From Solirubrobacterales bacterium (GTDB lineage Bacteria > Actinomycetota > Thermoleophilia > Solirubrobacterales > 70-9): 64,000 bases of DNA. Both the position numbers and the translations under genes were made by a program. The notes under the pieces are model-generated. The model was given only the letters and a program-made list of their open reading frames with translations, made no database searches and was not told where the DNA came from. This document shows positions 9,330 to 19,200 of this stretch, in pieces. Where the stretch lies: assembly GCA_036381235.1 (NCBI GenBank), contig DASVDE010000014.1:35306-99305 (forward strand), in the 5' to 3' direction. Each line of letters opens with the position of its first letter. Position 1 is the first letter of the stretch.

Positions 9330-10837
9330 GGGGTCACCGCCGCGGGGTCGGGGGCTCCGGGTTGGCCAAGCGGGCCGTTGAGATCGGAAACCGACTGCTT
9401 GTAACAGAGGGCGCCGGGCTTCTTCGGCGGCGCGCCGCCGAGCTGGGGCTGAACACCGAGCGGAGCGGCGACCGTGTTGGAGAAGAAGTTCTTCTCGGTG
9501 GTGAGGTTGCCGTTGGGGCTGGGCGTCGCGGCCATCTGCGGGCCGCCTCCGGCCTGGAGGCGAAGGTAGGGGCCGTTGCCGTCGAAGTTCTGGCTCTCCC
9601 CGGCGAACTGCGTCAACCAGTAGAAGAACTCGCGGTAGCTGGGGCCGCCGGTGCTGAACTGGTCATTAATTGTCTGGCTGCCGGTTGGGACGAAGACCCT
9701 GGAGGTGCAGAGGCTGAGCTGGTTGAGCTGCGGCAGCGCAACCGCCTTGCCGGCCTGAGCGGCGCCGGCGAGGCCGGGAGTGGACTTCGCCAGCAGCTTC
9801 GCGGTGCCGCCTCCCTCCTTGCCGGAGAGCAGCGGCCGGGCCTGCTCGAGGAAGGGACCCGAGGCATCGATCAGGCTGGGCAGCTCGGCGACCGAGGGCC
9901 TCAGCTCGATCGCCCAGGCGCGCAGCGGCGGCAGGGTGCGGTTGAGGCTGACCAGAGAGGTGCGGGCGGTCTGCAGGAAGGGGGCGAGGAAGCGAACGGT
10001 GGCGGAGAGGTTCGCGGACTGGGCTGCGAGGGCGCCCGTGAAGGTGTCGAAGTTGACGATCAGGCCCTGCAGGTCGGCCTCGTTGTGAGCCAGGGCGCCA
10101 AAGGTGCGGCCGGCGCCGGCGACGAGGCGGGAGAGGTCGTGGGGCTGGGTGCCAAGCAGGGCGTTGGTCACCTGGGCGCTGTAGCGGCCGGCATCCCCGC
10201 CGTACTTGAAGGCCCCGTTGAGCGCCTCCCCGGCGGTCTTGCCCTGCACCTCGGGCTCCTGGGTGGCGTCCTCGGCGGCCGTCGGCTCATGGGTGAGGGC
10301 GGTTCCCCAGCTCTCCAGCAGACGACTGAGGTCGGCCCGGACCGGCGACTGAAGCGCGGTGAGGATCTCGTCGAGCTGGACCGCGGTGGAGGTGTGGCTG
10401 ATCGGGATCGTGCCGCCGCTGTCCAGCTCCGCCGCGCTGGGGCTGCCGGGATCGAGGTCGATGAAGAAGTTCCCCTCGAGGAAGATCCGCGGGCGGATCT
10501 GGGCGAAGGCGTCGGTGTGGATTGGCCGCCCGGCGTCGTCGACGGTGAACGTAACCGTCGTGTTGTTCCCGTCCCGGTCCACCGAGGTGACCGTGCCGAC
10601 GTTGACTCCGGCGATCCGGATCGGCGATTTGGTCGCGATGTTGACCGCGTTGGAGAAGGTCGCCTTCACCTGGTAGCCGTAACTGGTGAACGGGACGTGT
10701 TTGGTGAATGCCAGGTACGGCCCGACCGTGAAGACGATGAGGAAGATCGCCGCGATCAGGGCATTGCTCGGGTGCCACTTGATCAGCCCCCGTGGCTCGT
10801 TCTGAGCTCTGAGATCGCGCTCCGGGAGGCGGGTCAC
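9326..10837 (-). CDS. MCE/MlaD-domain protein (fourth, MceD-like position)
   Basis: The GTG at 10837 overlaps the upstream TGA as GTGA and is preceded by AAAGGAGGA with a 5-nt spacer. TM helix ALIAAIFLIVFTVGPYLAF, then the MCE core YQVKATFSNAVNIATKSPIRIAGVNVGTVTSVD. The C-terminal tail is Pro/Gly-rich. Confidence 0.85.
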   Translation of the reverse strand: MTRLPERDLRAQNEPRGLIKWHPSNALIAAIFLIVFTVGPYLAFTKHVPFTSYGYQVKATFSNAVNIATKSPIRIAGVNVGTVTSVDRDGNNTTVTFTVDDAGRPIHTDAFAQIRPRIFLEGNFFIDLDPGSPSAAELDSGGTIPISHTSTAVQLDEILTALQSPVRADLSRLLESWGTALTHEPTAAEDATQEPEVQGKTAGEALNGAFKYGGDAGRYSAQVTNALLGTQPHDLSRLVAGAGRTFGALAHNEADLQGLIVNFDTFTGALAAQSANLSATVRFLAPFLQTARTSLVSLNRTLPPLRAWAIELRPSVAELPSLIDASGPFLEQARPLLSGKEGGGTAKLLAKSTPGLAGAAQAGKAVALPQLNQLSLCTSRVFVPTGSQTINDQFSTGGPSYREFFYWLTQFAGESQNFDGNGPYLRLQAGGGPQMAATPSPNGNLTTEKNFFSNTVAAPLGVQPQLGGAPPKKPGALCYKQSVSDLNGPLGQPGAPDPAAVTP

Positions 10838-12258
10838 TTCGATCCTCCTTTCAGCTGGCCGGAGGTGGTCGTGCCCCATAGCTGAGCCGGATGGCCGATC
10901 ACTGTCTGGCCGGGCGCGTACTTCTCGTTGCCGGCCTCGCAAACTCCCTTGGGCTGACCGGGAGAGGCTGTGTTCGGGTAGGGGTTGTAGTGGAGGTGGT
11001 TGTTGCGCTCGGGGCCGTTGGCGGGCGCAGAGGCGGGGGACCCCTCGTTGTTGGGCCCGCTGGGCGGCACGAAGTTGATGAAGCTGAGCCAGTTGGCCAC
11101 TCCGTTGCCCTCGCTGGCGGCGCTTGCGACGTTGTTGAAGGCGAGGGTCAGGTAGTTGCAGGTGGTCTGCGCAGGGGCGATGAAGCTGATTCCCGGGTCG
11201 AGCGTGTCGTTGGTGTCGATCAGCAGGTCGAGCCCGTTGAAGACGCCCGGGGCGTCCTGGAAGGCGAGCAGGGCGTCGGCAGTCGGCACCAGCTGGGCAT
11301 TGAAGGCGGGAGAGGAGTTGAGCACTGGGATGCCGGCGCGCTCGGCAGCGACGAACGTCGGCGAGGTGTCCGCGAGCGCCTTGCTGCCCGGGCGCAGGGC
11401 GGCGAAGAACTGAGCCGAGTGATCGAAGAAGGGACGGATCGCGGGGAAGTCGTCGATCGCCACCTGCTCGGTTGGGGCGCTCTTGACGATCGTCTGCTGG
11501 ATGAAGGGTCGAGAGACCCGGGCGAAGGCGCCGAAGGTGACGTCGAGGCCGACGAACAGACTCGCCTGCGCCTCGGCCACCGGCGCCAGGGTGGCGTTCA
11601 GCGCCGCGAGCGATCGCCAGAACTCACCGAAGCGGGTCGAGGGGGCGACGATGTCCGACAGCGTCGGCTGGGCGATCTCGACCAGGTTGCGCAGGGCACC
11701 TAAGGCGCCGTTGATCTGCGGCCCGCGGCCGGCCAGGGCGTTGCCGAAGCCGGCTTGGTTCTTTCGAATCGCGACCCGCGTCTCCTCGTCGAACATGTTG
11801 AAGAACTGATCGATGTCGACCGGCTCCGGGCGGGCGGCGGAGGTCGGGATCGTGTCGCCGGGAGCGAAGCCCTCGCTGGAGTCGCCGGGGACGATCTGCA
11901 GGTACTTGAGCCCAAGCGCCGACTTCGGCCGGATGATCATCGTCGAGTCGACCGGCAGCGGCTCGACGCTCTTGTCGAGGCGCAGGTCTAGCTTGGCCGC
12001 GATCCTGCCGTCGCCGAGCTGGACTGGGGCGACCGACCTGACGATGCCGACGCGGACGCCGCCGATCCGCACCTCGTTGCCCTTGACCAGCGCGTTGGCG
12101 TTGGGCACCTCGGCGGTGAGGTTGTAGGTGGAGACGAACGGCAGGCCGTTGTTGGCGTTGTAGGCGAGGAAGACAGCGACGATCACGACCAGGACAGTCA
12201 CCGCCCCGACCAGGACCGGGCTGCTTGCCGCTCCCTGTATGCCGCCTCGTTTCCTCAT
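10834..12258 (-). CDS. MCE/MlaD-domain protein (third, MceC-like position)
   Basis: The ATG at 12258 overlaps the upstream stop as ATGA. TM helix VLVGAVTVLVVIVAVFLAY, then the MCE core YNLTAEVPNANALVKGNEVRIGGVRVGIVRSVAP. Confidence 0.85.
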   Translation of the reverse strand: MRKRGGIQGAASSPVLVGAVTVLVVIVAVFLAYNANNGLPFVSTYNLTAEVPNANALVKGNEVRIGGVRVGIVRSVAPVQLGDGRIAAKLDLRLDKSVEPLPVDSTMIIRPKSALGLKYLQIVPGDSSEGFAPGDTIPTSAARPEPVDIDQFFNMFDEETRVAIRKNQAGFGNALAGRGPQINGALGALRNLVEIAQPTLSDIVAPSTRFGEFWRSLAALNATLAPVAEAQASLFVGLDVTFGAFARVSRPFIQQTIVKSAPTEQVAIDDFPAIRPFFDHSAQFFAALRPGSKALADTSPTFVAAERAGIPVLNSSPAFNAQLVPTADALLAFQDAPGVFNGLDLLIDTNDTLDPGISFIAPAQTTCNYLTLAFNNVASAASEGNGVANWLSFINFVPPSGPNNEGSPASAPANGPERNNHLHYNPYPNTASPGQPKGVCEAGNEKYAPGQTVIGHPAQLWGTTTSGQLKGGSK

Positions 12259-13688
12259 GGTCCCAACAAGTAGTCGAGGATTGGCGCGGAGGTGCCGCCG
12301 CCTTCGGAGGTGGTCGGCTGGACCCGTGCCAGCTCCTCCTGAATGTGGCGGTAGATGTCGGAGGCGCTTGCGGTAGAAGGCTGCGAGGCGTTGGGGCCGT
12401 TGAACCGGGCGACACAGCCCGAGCCAACCGATGGGCCAGCGCTGGCCTCGTAGTCGAGACAGTTGGTTAGGAGCACGGCGCCGCGGGTGAAGTGGCCGTA
12501 TTTGTCGAAGCCGTTGACCACGGCGGTCGTGTTGTAGATCAGGTCGAGGAGGCCATTCCAACCGCCGGTCTGCTTGATGTTGACGAGGAACTTGGCGAGC
12601 TGGCTGGTCGGGTGGGCTCCGCTCTTGGCGAGGTCACGGGCCTTCTTCACGATCGGGTCGGCGGCGCGGAACTTCGGCCCGGCGATCTCACCGGTGGCGC
12701 CGAGCGACTTCAGCGCCACGGTGGAGGCGGCGGAGAACGGCTTCAGCAGACGGGTCGCCTCGGTGAAGGCCGGGGTGGCGTCGTCGAGGTTGCTGAAGAC
12801 CGGCGCGGCGGCGTCGGAGAAGCCTTTGAGGCTTGTCATCGTGGTGCGGAACTGGCGCAGGAACTCGGGGAACTTGCTGAGGGCGGCCTGCAACTGAGTT
12901 CCCTTCTCCGCGGTCGCCTGGGCAGATGCCCCCGCGTTGCTGAAGAAGCCGGCGAAATGGGCTCGCTCACGGGAGAGTGGCCCCAGGACCTGCTCGGAGT
13001 CGGCCGCGAGCTGGGCGAGCTCGCGACGCTGGTCGCGGAGGATGCCGAAGATCCTGTCGGCATCGCGCAGAACCGGGTTGGCGCGCTTGACGACCTCTTC
13101 GAGGTCATCGCCACGGCCGGCAAGGCCCGCGCCGAGCTCGTTGAAGATGATCCGGAAGCGCTGAGCGTAGGGGAGGCTCTGGATGTCGTTGATCAGGTCG
13201 GGGTCGACGCTGGTGCTGTTGTTCTCCAACGGCAGCAGGTACTGGCCGGCGCCGGGCTCGCCATCCGGGACCTTTTTCAGGGGTGGAGGCGGCTCGGAAC
13301 CGGGGGCGCGTGGCAGGGTGGGACGGCAGTCGACGAACTTCTCGCCGATCAGCGACTGTGGGCGGATCAAGCAGCTGGCGTCGCTGCGGAAGTCCTGGAA
13401 GCCGGGGTCGGTGATTTTCATGACGATCACCGCTTTGGCGGGGGTCGCCACCGGCTTGCCGGCGGCCGTGTAGCCGACCGTCTCGCCGGGCGCGGTCACG
13501 TCGACCGATTCGATCTCACCGACGTTGGCGCCCGCGACGCGGACCTCCTCGCCCTGGACCATGAAGCCGCCGCTGTCGAAGATCGCGCGCACGGTGTAGC
13601 CGTCGCTGCTTCCGCCGCCACCGGAGGCGAGCAGGACAACAGCCACCACAGCGGCCACCAGGAGGGCTGCGATCAATCCCTTTCTCAT
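12255..13688 (-). CDS. MCE/MlaD-domain protein (second, MceB-like position)
   Basis: 477 aa beginning MRKGLIAALLVAAVVAVVLLASG, followed by YTVRAIFDSGGFMVQGEEVRVAGANVGEIESVDV. It overlaps the upstream gene as ATGA. Confidence 0.85.
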   Translation of the reverse strand: MRKGLIAALLVAAVVAVVLLASGGGGSSDGYTVRAIFDSGGFMVQGEEVRVAGANVGEIESVDVTAPGETVGYTAAGKPVATPAKAVIVMKITDPGFQDFRSDASCLIRPQSLIGEKFVDCRPTLPRAPGSEPPPPLKKVPDGEPGAGQYLLPLENNSTSVDPDLINDIQSLPYAQRFRIIFNELGAGLAGRGDDLEEVVKRANPVLRDADRIFGILRDQRRELAQLAADSEQVLGPLSRERAHFAGFFSNAGASAQATAEKGTQLQAALSKFPEFLRQFRTTMTSLKGFSDAAAPVFSNLDDATPAFTEATRLLKPFSAASTVALKSLGATGEIAGPKFRAADPIVKKARDLAKSGAHPTSQLAKFLVNIKQTGGWNGLLDLIYNTTAVVNGFDKYGHFTRGAVLLTNCLDYEASAGPSVGSGCVARFNGPNASQPSTASASDIYRHIQEELARVQPTTSEGGGTSAPILDYLLGP

Positions 13689-15088
13689 GGGCCGGGCGGC
13701 ACGTCGGCCGGGTCGCAGGTGGACGAAGGGGCGCCGCCGGCACTCGGCGGGTCGACGAACGGATTGGAGCCGTCGGGCGCGGGCTGGGAGGCACCACCGG
13801 GGCAGCGACGGAACGTATGCGGGGGGCCGAAGGCGTCGTACTGCTGGCTCGGTTCAATCGGGTCGAGCACCCCGGTTCCCGTGTTGAAGTTGAAGAGATT
13901 GAGGTCGGTGGGCTGGGCGCGGGCATAGTGGCCATTGGCGTCGTAGTAACCGGTGATCTGGCCGAGCTTGCCGAAGCCGTTGAAGAAGTCCGGCGTGTAG
14001 GCGCGAAGGAGGTCGAGGTTCGGCTGGAAGTCGACGATCGCCTGTTCAGCATGGGGGAAGGCGGTGGAGGCCCGCTGTTGCACGGTGGGCAGCGCGGCGA
14101 AGAGCTCCCCTGCGTCGTTGGCCTTGCCGGGACGACGCACGGTGAGGCGCAGGTTCTTGAACACCGGCACCGCTTTGGAGACGACCGGACGGAGGTCGGC
14201 CAGGAACGGGGCGAGGTCCTTGGTCGCGGGCTTGGCGGTGTCGATCAGGGGGTCGAGATCGTCGAGTGCCGCGCGGAGGTTGACGAAGGTCGTGTTGCCC
14301 TGACGGAAGAAGGAAGGCAGCACCTGCAGAGACCGGTCGAGGGCGGCGTTCTGGCTGGCGATCGCGCCAAAGGCCGTGCTGGCGTTGTCGATTGCGCTGG
14401 AGAGCTGGGCGCCGCGCTGGGCGACGACCGTGGCGAGCTTGCTGGAGCTGACGATGAAGCGCTCGAAGAGACGCTGATCGGCGTTGAACTCGCTGACGAA
14501 CGCGTTGGTGCGGTTGAGCCCCGGCGCGAAGTACTTGAAGGTCTGGTTGGCGTCGCGGCCGCGGCCGGCGTAAGTGGTGGAGAAGCCGCGAATGAACTGG
14601 CCAAGGCCGCGCCGCACCGGGGTGGGGAAGGTGTTGAACAGCTGATCGATGTCGACCGGCGTGGTGGTATCCGCCAGGCCCAGGGTGGCGCCGTCGTCGA
14701 GGGGCGGGTTGCTGTTTGGGCCGGGGCTTACCGAGACATAGTGGTTGGCAACGCCGGAAAGCGAGGTGGCGCGGATCACCGCGGTCGATCCCTCGTGCAA
14801 CTGCTGGTCGACGGTTACCTTGACGAGGGCGAGGTTGTCGTCGGTGAGATCGATCTCGTCGACGCTGCCGACCGGGGCACCGCCGATCAGCACCTGGTTG
14901 CCGGAGACGAGCTGGCTGGCGTTCTGGAAGAGAAGGTCGTACTTGTGGCTGCCGTTGCCGCTGAAAAAGGCAACGTAGGCGAGCGCGATGACCGCCGCGG
15001 CAAGGGCCGCAACCACCGCAATTCTGGCGGGGGCGATGCTCCGGCTGGGCGCCGGATTGTTCTCCTCGCCTGAGGGGTTAGCAGCCAC
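13685..15088 (-). CDS. MCE/MlaD-domain protein (first, MceA-like position)
   Basis: 467 aa starting at a GTG. TM helix IAVVAALAAAVIALAYVAFF, then YDLLFQNASQLVSGNQVLIGGAPVGSVDEIDL. No yrbE-like permease gene lies upstream of it; the next gene is divergent. Confidence 0.85.
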   Translation of the reverse strand: MAANPSGEENNPAPSRSIAPARIAVVAALAAAVIALAYVAFFSGNGSHKYDLLFQNASQLVSGNQVLIGGAPVGSVDEIDLTDDNLALVKVTVDQQLHEGSTAVIRATSLSGVANHYVSVSPGPNSNPPLDDGATLGLADTTTPVDIDQLFNTFPTPVRRGLGQFIRGFSTTYAGRGRDANQTFKYFAPGLNRTNAFVSEFNADQRLFERFIVSSSKLATVVAQRGAQLSSAIDNASTAFGAIASQNAALDRSLQVLPSFFRQGNTTFVNLRAALDDLDPLIDTAKPATKDLAPFLADLRPVVSKAVPVFKNLRLTVRRPGKANDAGELFAALPTVQQRASTAFPHAEQAIVDFQPNLDLLRAYTPDFFNGFGKLGQITGYYDANGHYARAQPTDLNLFNFNTGTGVLDPIEPSQQYDAFGPPHTFRRCPGGASQPAPDGSNPFVDPPSAGGAPSSTCDPADVPPGP

Positions 15089-15270
15089 GGATCGTCGCCT
15101 TCCGCTCCACGGCCTCCGACCCAGTGGAACGGCGGGCGAATCGTATCCAAGGCACAGGCGCCAAGCGTGCGTGCAGGGGGTCTTAACTCGAATTCAACGC
15201 GCTACTCTGGTCATGCGGTTCGGTTATGACACCGGGAGGCGCTTTGGCAATCGAATGGAGGAGTAGCCAA

Positions 15271-16056
15271 ATGCGCAAACAGATGACTCTGACCCTCGCC
15301 TTGGCGGTGGCTGTAGCCGGCGCGGTCGTCGCTTCGACCGCGCTCGCAGCATTGGGGCCGACCGTGGTCGGCCCGGACGGAAACACCCAGGCGATCGATG
15401 TGAAGCTCTCGCCGAAGAAGCTCTCCAGGAGCACGGGAACCCCAGCCTCCTTGAAAGTGACCACGAAAACCACGACCACGACAAACGCGAACGGCGTGCC
15501 CTCGCCCGCCGTGCGGGCGGTGGTCGACTTCCCCAAAGGCGTGAGGCTGTTCGCGAAGGGGCTGCCCACCTGCGACGCCGGTCAGCTTCAAAACATCTCG
15601 ACCGACCAAGCGCTGCAGCTCTGCGGCGACGCCAAGATCGGCAGCGGCGCGGCGACGGCGCTGATCCCGGTTGGAGCCCAGGTCTTCACCGAGAACACGA
15701 CCGTGACCGCGTTCAACGGCAAGCCGCAGGGCAAGAAGCCCACGGTCCTGCTGCACACCTACGGTCAGGCGCCGGTGCAGGTGACCCTGGTGCTGAACGG
15801 AGTGATCAGCAACTACGACAAGCAAGGATACGGCCCGCGCTTGGACATCGGCATCCCGCTGATCGCGGGTGGCACCGGGGCGCTGACCGACTTCCAGACC
15901 ACGATCAACAAGAAATTCACCTACAAGGGGAAGAAGCGCAGCTTCGTGACGGCGATGTGCGCGAATTCTCCCCTGAAGTCGCGCGGCGCGTTCACCTTCA
16001 TGGATGGCGTGACGCTGACCGCGAAGTCGCAGCACGGCTGCACGAAGAAGAAGTAG
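15271..16056 (+). CDS. Secreted four-Cys protein, paralog 2 of 3
   Basis: The ATG at 15271 follows GGAGGA. Signal peptide MRKQMTLTLALAVAVAGAVVASTALA. It has the same motif set as 4647-5423 and 19663-20433: GLPTC...LC, FNG, IAGGTGA, FTYKGKKRS..TAMC...GC. It is divergent from the first mce gene. Confidence 0.7.
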   Translation: MRKQMTLTLALAVAVAGAVVASTALAALGPTVVGPDGNTQAIDVKLSPKKLSRSTGTPASLKVTTKTTTTTNANGVPSPAVRAVVDFPKGVRLFAKGLPTCDAGQLQNISTDQALQLCGDAKIGSGAATALIPVGAQVFTENTTVTAFNGKPQGKKPTVLLHTYGQAPVQVTLVLNGVISNYDKQGYGPRLDIGIPLIAGGTGALTDFQTTINKKFTYKGKKRSFVTAMCANSPLKSRGAFTFMDGVTLTAKSQHGCTKKK

Positions 16057-16066
16057 CCGCCGGCCT

Positions 16067-16181
16067 TAGCCCCCATCCGGTGAGGGTTTCGCTTAACTTT
16101 TTCGATGGTGCGGTTGCGGCTGTCCGCGATCGGGACGCCGAAAAAGTACAAGACGCTCCACCCTCGCCGGATGGGGGGCTA
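16067..16181 (+). repeat. Structured repeat element, copy 1 (long hairpin; possible ncRNA, 3'UTR element or MITE-like insertion)
   Basis: The outer stem pairs 16067-16087 with 16160-16181: 21 bp with one G-T wobble and one bulged G. The inner conserved blocks CGCTTAACTTTTTCGA (16090-16105) and CGAAAAAGTACAAGACGCTCC (16139-16159) are identical to those of copy 2. ACTTTTTCG pairs with CGAAAAAGT. The element starts 11 nt after the stop of the co-oriented gene at 15271-16056. Confidence 0.7.
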
Positions 16182-16212
16182 CCGACGCTCAGCTGAGCAG
16201 CCCGGCTCGGGG

Positions 16213-19200
16213 TTACTCGACGTTCAGTTTGGGCATGGCGCGGTCGAGCCATTTCGGCAGCCACCAGACCCGGTCGCCTGCCAGCAACATCAGCGCCGGC
16301 AGCAGGACGATGCGGACGACGGTCGCGTCGAGGAACACGGCCACGGTCAGTCCGACACCCAACTGGCTGGTGGTGGCGATCGGCGCACCGGCGAAGGCAA
16401 TGAAGACGGCGAGCATGATCGTCGCCGCTCCGGTGATCACCCTGGCCGTCTTCTCGAGACCGAACTTGATCGCTTCGGCGTTGTCCCCGTGCTGTTCGTA
16501 GTGCTCGCGCATCCGCACCAGGAGGAAGACCGCATAATCGATCGAGAGCCCGAAGATGACACCGAACATCATCGTCGCCCCAACCGCGTCGACGTAAGTG
16601 CGTCCGCCCAGCGGCCAGCCCTCGGGCACGTTGAAGAGCAGAGTGAGCACGCCGAAGGCAACCGCGACCGAGGCGAGGTTGAGCCCCACTGCGATAGCGG
16701 CGAGCGGTATCGCACGGAGGACGAGGAGCATGACGAGGAAGGTGGCAATCGTGATCGCGGTTACGACGATCGGTATCCGGTCCCGGGCGACGCGGCTGTA
16801 GGTGTTGAGCTGGGCGGTGCCGCCCGCGACCCCGGTCTTCAGATCCGCCTCCTCGCCCAGCGCCTTGGCGTCCTCGTCGAGCGTCTTGTTGAGCGCGATC
16901 GAGCCGGGTGAGTTGAGGCCGTACCTGGGAATCACGAAAAGGCTTGCCGCCTGGCCGCCGTTTTTCACGTCGACCGCCGTCGCAGCTTGATCGCGCAGCG
17001 ACCCCCGAGCCCCGTCGAGCGCTGAGAGCACGAAGTAGCCGGAGTCGAAGATGCCCGGGGTTTGGTTGCGGACCCGGTCGACCCTGCGGTTCAGTGAGGC
17101 GTTGTTGGCAACGACACGCGCCTGGATTCGTCGAAGGCCGGACTGCAGCGGATAGGAACGGTGGTAGGCCTCGCCGAGGCTCAGCTGCAGCTCGGTCGTC
17201 CCGCCGACCAGCTGTGAGAGGCCGCCGGAGAGCGAATCGGTGGCGCTGCCGAGTTGGACCAGCCCGTCGTTCAACTGGCCCATCGCGTCGGAGAGCTGTG
17301 TGGCGCCGCTGGACAGTTTCTTGCCGGCGGCGGCGATCTGATTCAGCCCATCATTGAGGCGATTCGCATTCGAGCTGAGCCGGTTCAGGTTGCCGATCTC
17401 GCTGGTCAGGAAGCTGGTTATCAGCTTCGATTGATTTGTGTCTTTGGCGAGACGCTTCTGCAGCTCCGTCAGCTCATTCGGCAGGCCGGTGTATTCCGCC
17501 GCATAGGGCTGGCCGGTTGCCGGATTGGTGCCGCTGACCGCAGCGAGCGCCTGCCGCACCGCAGCGAGCGCCGCGTCGTAGTTGGGATCGGTTTTTCCGA
17601 CGGTCATCGCGCCCAGCTGATCGAGGGCGGCCTGCAGCTGCTGCTGGGCGTCCTGGGCCGGCGGGATCAGCGTCGGGACCTTTAGCTTGGACTCCTCGTT
17701 GAGGGTTTTCTGCAGCTTGCGGGACCGCGCCAGTGGATTGTTGCGGAGGTTCCGAACCTCGTTTTTAAGCCCAACCTTGATCTGGAAAGACCCGACCGCC
17801 GCCTGCTCCTGGGCATCGGCCAGTCGCTCCGCGCCGGAGACAGACTTGTCGAGCGCCTTGACGATGCGCTCGCTGCCGGAGGTGGCCTTGCCGAGGCCCT
17901 GGGCGATGGCCACCGCCCCGTCCTCCGCCTGCCCGGAGCCGTCGACCAACAGCCCGGCGCCATATGTCGCCTGGGATATGCCGTCGCGCAGCGCCGTGAC
18001 TCCGGTGGCGGCGCGACCGAGGTTGACACCGAGCCTGTCGAGAGTTGCCAGCGGGCTGGCGTCGCCGGGGGCAAGGACACTGTTGCCGAATCTCTGCAGA
18101 GGTTTGACCGATTTGGCGACCTGATCGGGGCCGACCACCGCCTGCACGCCGGGCGTGTTGGCGATCTTCCGCTGCCAACGAGTCAAGGCGGAGAGGGTGT
18201 CGGGGTCGGTGATCGCGCCGTGGTCGGTGGCGGCGACGATCGTGAAGGGCGCGTCGAAGCCGGCGCCGATCGTCTGCGTGATCAGGTCGTAGTCCTCACG
18301 CGCGGGGTCGTCGTGGGGCAGCTGCCCGGGGCTGAGAGGCCCCGTCTTCAAAGCGACAGCCGGCGCGGCGAGGACGAGGACGATGAGCCCAATCACCGCG
18401 GCAACCGGGGCGGGACGGCGCAGCGCCGCGGAGACCATGATCATCAGCCGCGAGCGGCTCTCGTCGGCAGGCGGCGTGCCGATCCGCCAGCGATCGATGT
18501 TGGACCCAACCATGACGAGGAGCGGCGGGCCGATCAGGATTGCGACGAGCACGCTGAGCACGACGACCATCGCCAGCGTCGCTGCCAACGAGGCGAGCAG
18601 TGCCCCGGGGACGACGAAGAAGGCGACCGTCATCGAGAGGACCAGGGTGCTGCCGGCGAAAATGACAGTCTTGCCGGCGGTGCGACGGGTGACTATCGCC
18701 GCGTCGATCGGGTCGGCCCCGCCGCGCAACTCCTCACGGAAACGAGAGACGATCAGCAGCGCGTAGTCGACGCCGAGGGCGAGGCCCATCATCGTGCAGA
18801 CGGTCAGCGCGAGGGCGTCGACGGTGAACCAGTGGGTGAGCAGCGAGAGCAGCCCGCTGGAGACGAACACCGTGGTGGCGCCGAAGGCGAGTGGGATCGC
18901 TGCGGCGATCGGCGATCGGAAGACCAGCAGCAGGACGATAAGCAGGATCGGGAGCGCGATCAGCTCGCTGCGCTCGCTGGCGGAGATCGACTCGTCCTGG
19001 ATCGCCCGCGAAATGGTGGCGAAGCCGGTCTGGGTGGAGACAACCGGCGAGTGGACGTGCTCGGCCAGCGTCTCGTTGACCAAATCGACTTTCTCGTTTA
19101 CCGCCTCTTCCACGCCAACGTGGAAGTCGACAACGACCAAGGCGCGACGCGGGGATGGGCGAAGCGCCGCGACAGAGCCGCGATCCCAGGGCGACAGCGT

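Noticed and set aside
15957-16196. A small plus-strand ORF ending ...DAEKVQDAPPSPDGGLPTLS, whose tail resembles the RsmG N-terminus (DDEKVQDAPPLPGPS). It could be a duplicated gene fragment or a micro-protein.
   Set aside because: The similarity is explained by the repeated nucleotide element. Relative to copy 2 there is a 1-nt indel, and ATC replaces the ATG. The upstream part of the ORF overlaps the end of the paralog-2 gene in another frame. I treat it as non-coding.
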